From Octopus vulgaris (lineage: Eukaryota): DNA of 64,000 bases. Location: NCBI GenBank assembly GCA_951406725.2, contig OX597817.1, forward strand, positions 110,298,001-110,362,000, given 5' to 3'. A program made the position numbers and the translations under genes. The notes beneath the pieces were generated by a model. It searched no databases, had not been told where the DNA came from, and worked only from the letters and a program-made list of their open reading frames with translations. Positions 51,008-63,136 of this stretch are shown here, one piece after another; position 1 is the first letter of the stretch; each line of letters starts with the position of its first letter.

Positions 51008-52248
51008 CTGTGAAAAAAAAAAAAAAAAAAAAATGAAGCCGACATCAATATTCAAAATAAGGTTTAATGAAACAAAGAGCAAATGGGACTGAATAATGTT
51101 ATTGTTGTTGTTGCTAACAATGATTAACTGTATAACATTCTGAAAACACCTATTTAGAGTAATTTGCTCTTTTATTCAAAATCAGTTTTCATCACTGACC
51201 AACACCTAGGAAAATGATTTAAGAATATGTTAACAAGGCAACAACTATGCAGGGGTACACCTAGCAGGAAATAATAGCCAAAACACCCTCCAATCAGACC
51301 ATACCTATTTCTTTATTACCCACAAAGGGCTAAACATAGAGGGGACAAACAAGGACAGACATAAGTATTAAGTCGGTTACACTGACCCCAGTGCGTAACT
51401 GGTACTTAATTTATCAACCCCGAAAGGATGAAAGGCAAAGTCAACCTTGGCGGAATTTGAACTCAGAACGTAGTGGCAGACGAAATGCCGCAAAGCATAT
51501 CGCCCGGCCTGCTAACAATTCTGCCATACCATCTTAAAAAGAAGTACATAGGATAATGTGGTTGAGTTCTTTGTACATTGGTAAAAATAAGGAATGTTCA
51601 TAGTTCAGGACTGATCAGGATCTATATAACATCAGTACAGTAAACAGCCACCAAAGAAGCCTCTATACAGTGACACAATCTGCTAGAATAGTAGTCAAAT
51701 TTGTCTTGAATCACTCCCATGATATACTGAACAATGTAGTCCCTGATATACAGGAAAATAGAAAGGTTACAACTGGAGTACCTACGATCATAGGTCTGCT
51801 CCAGCAACTAAATAACAACAACAGAAAGTTAACTATAATACAAGAACTTATGTAAGCTTTCAAAGCAGAGATCAATTACTTGAAAAATTAATAAAATACA
51901 AGGCTGGTCTGGATAGTCAAACAAGCTTTTCAGTTGCCTCTCAGTTCTGAGTTCAAACTCTACAAAAACAAATGAAATTCTACATCCTTCTCAACTTAAT
52001 AAAATTACAACTAATGAATAATAAACTGTTATGATTAAGTCAAAATGAAGACCATCATTTTCACAATAAGATGATTAGTCTATTAGTCATAATCAGAGGA
52101 TTCTAGTAGCCAACTTCATGCTTAACCAACTCTTCTTAAACAGAGACAAGCAGAATTAGCCAACAGCATGTCCAAAAAAATCTGTAAACGTACTAAGCCA
52201 AAACAAATTAAATGTGAGACAATTTTGTCATCTCCATGTAGCTTGGAG

Positions 52249-52525
52249 TAGCGGGTCTGAACCATTTTTTGCATCACAGACTGGTTTTATGCAAAACAAT
52301 TTTTCCAAAGACCAGGGTATCATGCACATATCAAAACACAATGAAGTGTATAATGCATAATTTAATTATTATAAATATGAGTATATAATGCAAAGACAAT
52401 CACCAGACTGCAACAGTTAATAAAAAATAAATAAAATTCTAAAATGTATTCTTTTTTGTGTGGCCCAGTACGAAATGATCCATAGCTCAGTACTGGTCTG
52501 CAGCCCGGTGGCTGAAGGATCCCTA
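52249..52525. mobile_element. Degenerate hAT-like MITE
   Basis: Ends resemble CAGCGG.C...AACC / GG.TG..GA.CCCT with subterminal GGCCC/GTACTGGTC motifs. The TSD was not resolved. Confidence 0.4.
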
Positions 52526-52884
52526 CCTTGGAGGACTGAACTTATCACTGGAAGCTAATAAAGTACTCCATAAATCTCTGCATAGAGACACCCACATTAA
52601 CTCAGTGACCATCATATTTGTATAGCTTCTGAAACAGGTCAAGCATGTCGCTGGTACCAGCAGCAGCAGAGGAGCTGCTGAAGTAGGAAAAGCATATCTA
52701 TTCTCAGACTGGAGTACTGGTAAAAATGCTTATAGCAGAATGGACTCTACTAAAGGGGCCTGAGACCAGGTGATGGTGCTAAACTGCTTGATGGAGCAGG
52801 TCCTTTTCAGGGCCCTATTTTTTCAACACTGAATGACAAACAACACAAAGCAATCTGTATAGTTGTTAGATTAGAAGTATTTAC

Positions 52885-53163
52885 CTTTTCATGTTTACGC
52901 TTATTCACTTTGATTGTCTTTGGTTTACTCTCCAAATTATTTTCATTAAATATTTTTGCTTTAGGTTTTGGACCCCAGTTTGGTTCAGGGTTTATTTGCC
53001 AGCGCAAGAGGCCTTGTTTACGTGATGGTGGATTGGCATCAGGATGGATTTCAAATGATACATCATGAGTTGGTTTCTTATCAAGAATAGCTTTAACAAC
53101 AGAACCTGGCTGTAACCTTTTTTCACTGACAGGATGTTCTTTTATCCATTCTCGCATTAAGTC
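52885..53163 (-). CDS. TRMT1: TRMT1 coding exon 3
   Basis: ttaatAG acceptor and GTAAAT donor, 279 nt. It reads DLMREWIKEHPV...FEIHPDANPPSRKQGLLRWQINPEPNWGPKPKA, the conserved Trm1 C-terminal motif, followed by a basic NLS-like KRK. Confidence 0.93.
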
Positions 53164-53935
53164 CTATTAACGAAAACAAAGCAAAAATCATTTCTAAAAG
53201 TCTATAATGGCATGTTTTAGATTTCACAGTTAAAACTACAAAGTAAGCAAATAACAAAAGAGAAATTTAAGAAAAATGACAATTAAATATACAATATTTT
53301 TTCACATCATTCATTTGTATTACATATTCATACCAATGTAGTCACCATTCTAGTATGTAGTTGCCAACATTTTCTTAACTTAATTGTGCTCAATACTTTC
53401 TTATAAGCAAAGACTGTACATACGGCTTGTACCTTTCCAACTGCTGCAGACACTTCTGTATTCATAGTCAATGCATTTACTACCATACAGCTTGTTCCAT
53501 ATCTATCACTTTATGTACAAATATGCTGTGATTATCTCCTTACAAAACCTGTAATCTAAGAAAGCTGTATGTACAGAGCAAGAGCTGCAACTTATGCTTT
53601 CCATCTTTCCCAGCTGACCTGAACCCTGGTATTTGAGATTAGCTATGCCATCACATTTCATGAGCAGATAACTTAGTGGCACCCATTATTCTCTCCCAGT
53701 ATGTTTGACTGTTGGCTTCTCTAGGAGAGAGACATTTCCACCCTTTGACAGGTTGTATTTTTAATTGTGCTGTACCACACACACCTCCTTTCCCAATAAA
53801 CTGGGAGTGCAAGATGGAATAGTCACCAACCATCTCTACTATGATGATGTACAGTACAGGGTTGTGTAATACCAGTAGCAGGTTGAACTAGACACAAGTC
53901 TAAGCATCTTCTAAGTAATAAAATATAATACTTAC

Positions 53936-54026
53936 CCAAATGAATTCAGCAGGAGCATTTGTTTTATGGGAGTTTTTGACACAATGTGACATAGATACTT
54001 CATAACCAGCATTCAGAAGAGCAGAT
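53936..54026 (-). CDS. TRMT1: TRMT1 coding exon 2
   Basis: ccacAG acceptor and GTAAGT donor, 91 nt. It reads (R)SALLNAGYEVSMSHCVKNSHKTNAPAEFIW, and the phases match both neighbours. Confidence 0.95.
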
Positions 54027-55895
54027 CTGTGGTTGACAATAAAATTTACTAAAAATCTGTTTCGTTAGAAGCAAACTTCAAATGTACATATATTAATGGA
54101 GCTTGTGGTTTTACAGCTACTTATCTTCTTTACTACAAACCAAAGAAACAGCCACTGGTGACAGATAGTTAGATTCTGGAACTCTCTTTCCTCCCATATT
54201 CTTCCACCGTTAACAAAATGAAACTGAACATTGTTCACACCTACTGTAGTTATCTCAGTACGGTATGACCTCAAATATAATACAACTCACAGGTTTTGTA
54301 CCTAAAAATCAATAACATATTTTATCCTCTTATTTATTACACTCACACATAACACTATTCCCAAATGATGGCCCTAATGTTTTGTATCAAAGTTTTGGCA
54401 TTTTACATGAGTATGTATAATAGTTATAGCCCTACACCCAAGTCTAAAAGTTTATGGGTGCTCCTGCTCCTCTCCTTCAGACCAAATAATTAAAACAAAA
54501 AAACTGCGGCAAGCGAACTGGCATATCTTACTTAAAGGTAAGTCACTGATTATGTGATCAATATTCCAGATAACAGCCATGTATAGCATTCCATCCAAGT
54601 GAAGTGGAAGAATCCTAGGAAACTAGTAATGATCTGTTTGTAATGAATATGAAAATACATGGAGTTCATGGCTCACAGGACGGCCTGCTGTGCTAACCTT
54701 GGATTGTAGAGTGACCCACTGTTCTTGAGGAGACCTATTGAGTCAAGTATGCCAACAGCAACATCAAAATAAAAATCAAATGGAAATTGTAGTTAAGATA
54801 CCTGTGCCGGTGACACGTAGAAAGCACCATCCGAATGTGGCAGATGCCAGCGCTGCCTGACTGGCTTCCGTGTTGGTGACACGTAAAAGCACCAACCGAT
54901 CGTGGCTGTTTGCCAGCCTCCCCTGGCCCCTGTGCTAGTGGCACGTAAAAAGCACCCACTAAACTTACGGAGTGGTTGGCGTCAGAAAGGGCATCCAGCT
55001 GTAGAAACTCTGCCAGATCAGACTGGAGCCTGGTGCAGCCTCCAGGCCTCCCAGACCCCAGTCGAACCATCCAACCCATGCTAGCATGGAAAACGGACGT
55101 TAAACGATGATGATGATAAAAAGGAATATATCAGTTGGTCATAAAAAGAAGTCTGATGTTTCAGACCTCTCCGTCTTTCACCGTAGTAACTTATTCCATC
55201 TAAGCCAGATAAACAGATGCAGAGGTTAAAATGTAGTCTGAGTAGCAAATGAGTTGGAATACACAAATTTAAGCTGAAAGTGTATAACATACTCTACACT
55301 TATAAACTTCTAAAACAGTGCACTACTGATTTCTATTGGTAATAAGAATACACTAATTTCAATACACTTTGTTAATGACATTGACAGCTACACAGGTGTT
55401 GATCTGAACTTATATAAACTATCACATCAGCAATGGCAACCTTATATACTTCTTTAATCTAACAACACATCTAAATGAATTTCTAATCTGAAAATATAAG
55501 GAAACGTCAGGACTATTCCTTTAATCTTTTATACATGAATTTATCTAGAACAGTGTTTCTCAAACATCTTTTACCTATGGACCCCTTTCGTTCCTATTTT
55601 ACTCAGATGGTCCCATATATTCATTTGACGCTTAAAATATTCGATTATATTTGTAGAATTAAATATTATAAGAAATTGCATTAAAAAATTGTTAAATTGT
55701 TTTGTGTATTATAAAGTGATAACCAATTATTGCACATAAATTTTACCAACAAAATCCTACATGAACCCCATTTAGATTGAATAATAATAATGATTCCTTA
55801 ATATTCATTTGAAAATGTAGTTATATATTGCTTATGGTTTCAACACCTACAATGGTAAATCTTGGGAAGAAATTTTCAGCGAAACTTCAAATTAA

Positions 55896-56097
55896 CCCTT
55901 TCATTACCATATTTCTGCTAAAATATACTCCCTTTGTTTCAATTAATTTTTAAAATAATTAAGAAATAATTAAGTTGATGCTTGAATCTTAAATTAGAAT
56001 GAAATTTTGATGGAAGATTTTAATTTAGATCATTTTAAAACAGGATGTTTGTATCCTAGAACCAGGGGTAGTCTCAGGCAGGTTGGTAAAGAAAGGG
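55896..56097. mobile_element. piggyBac-type MITE
   Basis: TTAA|CCCTTTC.TTACCA ... TGGTAA.GAAAGGG|TTAA. A related copy at about 48951 is split by a SINE and resumes at about 49350. Confidence 0.8.
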
Positions 56098-56180
56098 TTA
56101 AAAAACTTACTCTTTAATTATATTATTTAGATTTTAACTTTGAAGTAATTAAAAATATATGAAAAAGACTTAAAACTCAC

Positions 56181-57625
56181 CTAAACTGCATGAGACTGGG
56201 AGCAACACAGTGTAATTTATCACATAAACCATCTCCAACATAATATAGTGGAACATCGGACAGTTCTTCACATGCAACTGAAAGCATTCCCATAATGCGT
56301 TCTTTAGTATTTACATGATAGTTGTTTGCTTCAACTGCAGAGAGAACTTGTTTTAGGAAGTCTTTATTATGTATTGACTCAGCCCAAATAGGACCACCAA
56401 CATTATGCTTATGTCCACAATGCAAACAAGTCTGCCCAACAGGTGGGCCTTGTGCAGGAGTGTATTTGAAGTTGTTACCTTTCGTGGGTATTTTCTCACC
56501 TAATCGCTGAAGACTAAATGTTCCACAGCCAACACAGTGGTAAACCATAGCCAATTTACTTACCGACTGCTTCACTTTTCCCTGGCCCTTAAAAACTCGC
56601 ACAAAAACACGTACATAAAAATCGGCACTAATAGAAACAAGTGGTTCAATATAGCGAGAATAACAATTAGCATGTGTCTCAATAGCCTGAAGTATAATCC
56701 GCAGAGCCATCTCATGGCAATACTCACTACGTAGAGACATTGCTCGGTACTTTGAGAAACAGGTCTCACCAGCATTCCCACATAAAACAGCTGTATCAGT
56801 ACAGGTCACACATAAAAGGCCACCTGTAGATACAGCTTGTACTGCACCATCTAAAAATCGTGCAGGGCTACCATATGGATCAAGATCAATAACATCAAAG
56901 CCTTGTTTATATTCACGGTTTTCATACATAAACATCGATGCATCTCCACAATTGGCTCTCATGAGGTTACTAACACCATTCTTCTCAATGTTCATTTTTA
57001 TAAAGTCAACTGCATTCTCATCAAAATCATTTGCAATGATTTCCTTCACACCTGGAACTTCAAGGCTAAATCGAACAGATCGCAGTCCAGAAGCAGCAAG
57101 TCCTTCTAAAATACGCACCCCATTAGCATAGACTTTTCCAGCTTCAAGAGGTTGCTCCACTGTTTGAGTTTCTTCCTTATCAATAACTTTATCATTGTCA
57201 CAACAAACAGAAGGTGACTTTATCTGTTTTGTGGATGTAGATAAGCTTTCATTAATTAGAATACTTTTATCGTGAACTGTATCATTTTTGTTACAATTGT
57301 TGTTGTCACTGTTCTCTTCCAATGCCGCAATCCGCTTCAAGTGAGAAGGGTCGTTGATGAAATTTTTGGTAAATTCCGAAATAATAACAACAGTTAAATC
57401 TCGATTAAATTCTTGCACCGGATTGTAGAACACAGATTTGGGTAAATAAACTTCAGCTTTGCCTTCCCGAATAGTGGAAACATCTTGCAAAGGAAGTTTG
57501 GAAACATCTGCAGTTTGTATATTTTCAGTACTATCACACATTTTGCGCTTTTGGCATACAAGAAGGAAGTTTCTAAAAGAAGACTGTTTATAGTTTAAGC
57601 ACTGTAATATTCTTCTGAAATGCAT
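56181..57625 (-). CDS. TRMT1: tRNA (guanine(26)-N2)-dimethyltransferase TRMT1, coding exon 1 (1445 nt)
   Basis: VFYNPVQEFNRDL, ILEGLAASGLRSVRF, ANDF, FDVIDLDPYGSP, GGLLCVTCTD, CHEMALRI, PLVSISADFYVRVFVRV, C..C/C.HC and GGPIW. Acceptor ttttgcAG before 57633 and donor GTGAGT at 56180. Confidence 0.97.
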
Positions 57626-58001
57626 TTACCTACCTGCAAAAGAGAAAAAAAAAAATTTTGATATTAATTATTATTTTTAACAAAATAGAAAGTTAAAAAT
57701 AAAGAAGAAACAAAGCAAGGTTATGCTGAATGCCCAGTACATTACTGGTGTTGCCTAGCCCCAGGTTAGCTCCGACTGAGCAAATGTATGATCAAAGGTG
57801 TTCCAGCTATAACCATTCCTTTTTTTCTTTGATATAGTGCATCTAAATTCAATGCATCCCCTTTTTTTCCTCTTAGAAGGTAAAGTATAGTGTGAGGGAA
57901 ATTTGGCTGCTATTTCTAACAGGTTGTGCAACCACATGGAGGCTCTTTTATGCATAGTACTTTATTACATGATATTAGAACAATTGTAGTTAAGCTTACA
58001 G

Positions 58002-59228
58002 TCTGGATTTATGTTAGTTTTATGAGAGAACCATTGAGTTAATTAAATATTTTAAATCGAGCTGTCAAGAGCAGAGATGTTTCAGGAGCATTTATCAGAT
58101 AAAATATAACAAAACAACACATAATGAGGAGACATCACCGTTTGACAACCAGTGCTGGTGTGTTTACGTCCCAGTGAGCCATCGGTTCGGCAAAAGAGAC
58201 AGATAGAACAAGTACAGGGCTTAAGGAATAAGTCCTAGGGTCGATTTGTTTGACTAAAACCTTTCAAGGCGGTGCATCCAGCATGGCTGCATTCAAATGA
58301 CTGAAACAAGTAATAGAAAAGAATAAAAAATAGAACATTTTCAATTTCTATCCGGAAACAAGTTATACTATCAATCAATTTCTCTCCCCATAGAAGTTGT
58401 ATTCAACATGCTTCCATTCAACACCCACAGATATCAAGAAAACATCCTTACACCTCGTCACTTTTAAATAAGAGTAACACGCAACTCGAGCTTATGTGAT
58501 CGCTCCAAACTTTAGGTCTGACTATCATTGGAGATCCCTCTCATGACGAATGGGCATCTTAACATTGCACGGGATGAATTCAAGATGTTTTTTTTTTCTT
58601 CTGTTCAGAGTTAGGAAATACCTGAACTCCCAACAACTATAAATCTTTTACCAAGCTCAAATGAGACGAACTGCATAGTCGGTGGGTAAGTTCGCGAGAT
58701 CGTAAAAGGAAAGTGGTAGATTCAGGCCGGTGCGGCCGCTGCATAGGGACGTCCGAGACCCGCAACTAGTAAAACGTTATGCGACTGATTGGCCTAAAGT
58801 TACTCACAGACAAGCTCCAGTCAAATGACCAACAAATGTGCTATCCCCACTTTCTGCCTTTTTTCTTTTTTAAGGCCCCAACTCATCGGAGCTCTTATAG
58901 AGCACTTTCGACTCCCTCACTCCCCTCTTCTCATCACCTATGTTGTATCAACATCTTCCACCTCAGACACCACACTAACCAGTATCGTTCCTTTTGAGAA
59001 TAACGACCTCCTGAAATTCTCCTCCTTATGTCTTTCTTGCAGCCGTTAAACATTAACGGTATTTCACCAGTCTCAGATGACCTGTGAAGGCCATGGGCAC
59101 TACTTCTTTCACTAGACCTTACATGTAAAAAACAAAAATATAAAACAGGAATCTAATCTAACTTTCTGGATTTATGTTAGTTTTATGAGAGAACCATTGA
59201 GTGAATTAAATATTTTAAATCGAGCTGT
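58002..59228. repeat. 64-bp direct repeat (58002-58065 and 59165-59228)
   Basis: tctggatttatgttagttttatgagagaaccattgagt(t/g)aattaaatattttaaatcgagctgt, one mismatch. Confidence 0.95.
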
Positions 59229-59419
59229 TTTGGGTAATTCATTCGCCAAATTACATAGAAATTATTAACTACATGACGGAAAATTTATAGAGGAAAGGAT
59301 TTAGCAGCATAATGAAAAGTGTAGTGAAGCTCCACTTTACATTTAGTTAAAACAGAATTATATACAATTATATAATTATAAATACGGTGTTTTTCGAGTA
59401 AGCATGAAAATTTTCGAGT

Positions 59420-59720
59420 TTTCTTACATGATTCATTGTAGTTATTAAAATCAATCACAGCAGACTTCGTAAACTGTTACATCGTACACACGTGTGGGAC
59501 GGACACGCATCAAAAATAGTTCTCTAGCGTAATTTTCCATGAATCAAATTCATTTTCTATAATTATAAATATTACTAGATGAAAATACTCAAAGTAATAA
59601 ACAGATATTAATCTGTGTATTTTATATTCAAGGCCAATTTTGCAAGATTTTCCATAAATACAAATATTATATTAATTTTAATTAGTAAACATTGCTCATA
59701 ATTTTTAAGGTAGTAAAAAT
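59420..59720. promoter_or_regulatory. Putative bidirectional promoter between TRMT1 (minus) and PMVK (plus)
   Basis: The genes are divergent. A candidate TRMT1 non-coding first exon ends at a GTAAGA donor near 59427, and an E-box CACGTG lies at about 59489. The TSSs cannot be determined from sequence. Confidence 0.45.
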
Positions 59721-59748
59721 GTTTATCACCGCTTTACAAAGCTCGAGC

Positions 59749-59828
59749 ATGTGTCCCGAAATAATATTTATATTAAGTGGGAAAAGAAAATCGGGAAAGG
59801 ACTATGTCGCTAACTTGATGGTTCAGAA
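59749..59828 (+). CDS. PMVK: Phosphomevalonate kinase coding exon 1 (alternative in-frame ATG at 59719)
   Basis: MCPEIIFILSGKRKSGKDYVANLMVQ(K). SGKRKSGKD is the animal PMVK P-loop. GTAAGT donor. Confidence 0.9.
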
Positions 59829-60670
59829 GTAAGTCTTTAATAACTTATGTTATTGATCTAATAGCAAAATATATGTTGAGCAATATATATCAATCAGCCA
59901 ACATAGGGTTTTGATATGCTAACAGCGACTTTAATTCAAATGATTTTGGAGGAATGAAATATTTTCTTTATGATGTTCATTACTTGGTATGCTTTTCTTT
60001 CTGAGAGTTACGGCATAAGTTTTAGTATGTGTAACAGAAACAAAATGAAGTGTGTCACCCCAGAGACACAGAAATCAGCTAAAATATTGCAATTTCGTAA
60101 TTGTGCTAGTTTCTTTTTTTTTTTTTTCATTTTGTCAAATGTTGAGCTTACAAGTTGAGAACCAACCCTTGCATTAGACGTTTATCATTCTAAACAGATG
60201 TTTGTTTTGATTTTGTTTTAGAGGAGGCGAAGCTCTAGCAGAGGTCTAGCATACGTTCACAAAGCTATTTTTATTACTCAAATCCGTCTGCTACAAAATA
60301 CTGAGTTCGATGTGTCCTAGTCACCATATTGCCTGTGATATGACACAGATTCATGTAGAGGGAGTGGCTATTTCTTCAAGGAGTGAATCAATTACCCTGA
60401 GAGTTTATATACTAGTTGAAAGCAATCAAGCAATTTAGACTTGTATTGATATCTAACATTGGCACAAGGCTTGCAATTTTTGGGGAGGGGTTAAGTTGAT
60501 AACATCGTCCTCAGTGCTTAACTGTTGCATTATTTTATGACAAAGAAAGAATGAAAGGCTAAATAGATCTCGGTGGAATTTGAACTCAGATCCTAAAGAT
60601 GACGAAATGTCACTAAACATTTTTGCCTGGCTTGCTAATGTTTCTGACAGCTTGATAACAATATCTAATT

Positions 60671-61176
60671 TACATTATTTATAATTGACGGATATTTGTC
60701 CTCAACTTTCTTGTTGTCAAACACATTTCGGCTGATATACCCTCCAGCCTTCATCAAGTGTCTTGGGGAAATTTCGTAACTGGGTTCTCATTCCTAAGGT
60801 ATTTTTCGGTGTTGTTATTGTTATTATTATTATTATTGTTGTTGTTGTTGTTATTATTATTATTCAGGCCACTGCCTGGAATCGAACTCGCATATGGCAT
60901 AGTGGTTAAGAGCGCGGCTACTCACCCCAAGATTCCGACTTCGATTCATGGCAGTGACATGAATAATAATAATAATAATAACAATAACAACAACAACCAC
61001 AACATCGAAAAATACCTTAGGAATGAGAACCCAGTTTCGAAATTTCCCCAAGACACTTGATGAAGGCTGGAAGGTATATCAGCCAAAACGTTGTGTTAAC
61101 AACAAGAAAGATGAGGACAAATATCTGTCAATTGTAAATAATGTACATAATTCCTCATCTCTTAAATATAGAACTG
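60671..61176 (+). mobile_element. tRNA-headed SINE-like element (60890-61176) with a hammerhead motif and an upstream inverted partial copy (60671-60890)
   Basis: A-box TGGCATAGTGG, B-box G(A/G)TTCGATTC, an (AAT/AAC)n linker, then a body with a degenerate hammerhead. The left arm is the reverse complement of 60936-61145. Confidence 0.85.
61052..61097 (+). ncRNA. Degenerate minimal hammerhead motif (family consensus intact)
   Basis: GACAC-uUGAUGA-A-GGCUG-loop-CAGCC-aAAA-CG-UU-GUGUU. The copy at 15052-15077 supplies CUGAUGA and GAAA, and the copy at 60719-60762(-) supplies GAAA. Confidence 0.6.
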
Positions 61177-63072
61177 AATAATATTTAATATTGGTACTAA
61201 ATCACAAAATTCTTGGTATACATGCTTGGTATTTGATAATTCAATCCATGAATGGATGGAGGGCAAATTTGATGAGGTATGATAGAATTAACAAAACTGG
61301 TCTGGAATTAAATACTGTTATAACTGGATGCCCTTCTAAATGCTGACCACCTTACAGTGTAGACTGGATGCTTTTTACATGGCACTAACATTGGCGGGAT
61401 TACCGAGTAACTTGCAGGACGGGGGGATTGGAGGAGTGGGCTTTGTACCAGAAGATAAGATGTTACAGTGTAGCAGTGACAGAAATAGGTGTCTTGCTGT
61501 AGAGGAGATACATGGTTAGTCAGAGGGAGAGAAAGAGAGAGTGATCAAGAATGGGAGAGTGTGAGAGTGCAAGAGAGGGATGGTGGCAATGTGCCAGGGC
61601 ATACTCTCAAGAGACAAGGATGAGAATATGAATGGGATAGTAGAGTATTGCCAAGGGTGCATGAATAGGGAGTTCACATGAATGCAAAGAGGTGGTCGGG
61701 GGAAAATGCAGTGACTGGTGAGGAGCAGGGCACAACAGGATAGCAGTGATTTAGTAAGCAGGGCAGTGAGGACAGGATTGGGCTGCAGGAGTGGGGAGGA
61801 AGGGATAAGCATAGTGCACGAAAAAGAGGAATTATGAGGAAGAGATGTAGTTTGGCTTATTGGGGTAAGGTGTGTGAGAAAATATTTTAGTCATGTTGGT
61901 AGAACACAGTAATTCCAGAACTCAGTTTCATTGAAGTGGGCGGGTCTTCTCAAGAACCTCATATTGCCAGACATCGTGGTCCATTGTCATCTCTTCTGTT
62001 AGGTCCAACATTCTGAGATCAGTCCTCACTTCTTCATCTCATGTCTTCCTGGGTCTCCTTCTTCCACAGGTATTATTCACTTTAAGCGATAGCAAGACTG
62101 CCTGACAAACAAAGCCTTGAGGGAGAAGGCAAGCCAGCAACTTATTGAATTTCAGGTCATGAGGAGGGTTGGCTAGGACACACCCTATGGAAACTCTCCA
62201 ATAGACAGTTCAAAGAAGATGAAAGCATGGAAGACAGAAACAATATTAAGAAGGTCCACAGAAACTAAAGCACTTGCAGACAGCGACACTTAGGGACAAC
62301 TGCAATCCATTGCCAATAATCAAAATAGATGGAGATCTCTTGTTGGTGCCCTATGCTCCACATGGAACCATAGGAATTAACGTAACAGCATGTATATTTT
62401 GGCAGTCATTGAGCTTAATGCAATGTCAATAAGCTTAAAACAAGATTAAGTGCAATATCAATGAGATCATCATCAACATTTAGCATCCATTTTCCATACT
62501 GGCATGGCTTGACAGGAACTGGCAAGGCCAGGAGCTGCACCAGGTTCCATGGTCAGTTTTGACTTGTATTCTACAGTAGGATGTCCTTCCTAATGGCAAT
62601 CACTCCACAGAGTGCTCTGGGTGCTTTTTACATGGCACCATCACCAGTACTTTTTATGTGGCAATAGCACCAGAGCTTTTTTTATTTGGCACCATCACCA
62701 ATGCATTTTATTTGCACCAGCACCAGTGCTTTTTATGTAACACCCAGCACCCGTACCAGTGCTTTTCACATGGAACCTTGGTTTTAGGATCTCAGCACCG
62801 AATAAAGTAATTAAAAATGTGATGACAAGCATTTTCTTCACATCAGTTTCAGAGGCCCAGTAAAAGATCATGGTTGTAACCCTTCTTTCTCTGAAGAAGC
62901 CATTGAAAAGAAACATTTCTAATACTGCTTGTAATAAGATTTGAATTGAAAAATAAGTAATCAAGACTCTAGTTCCTTTAACCTCTGAGTAACCATACTT
63001 ATGTTTTAAAAAATGTTTAAGCATCTTTATAAGTGATATTGTTGATAAGTTAAAGTCATTTTGTCTTTTCAG

Positions 63073-63136
63073 ATTAACTGCTGTGAGATGTGGGATTATG
63101 CGTTTGTCAAGTCCTATAAAGTTTCAATATGCTAAA
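63073..63136 (+). CDS. PMVK: Phosphomevalonate kinase coding exon 2 (gene continues beyond the window)
   Basis: tcttttcAG acceptor and GTAAGT donor, 64 nt, in phase. It reads (K)LTAVRCGIMRLSSPIKFQYAK, matching the PMVK C..LRLSGPLK.QYA motif. Confidence 0.9.

Noticed and set aside
60890-60961. tRNA gene (also 4781-4850)
   Set aside because: There is no proper acceptor stem, and the sequence continues into a repeat body, so it is a SINE head.
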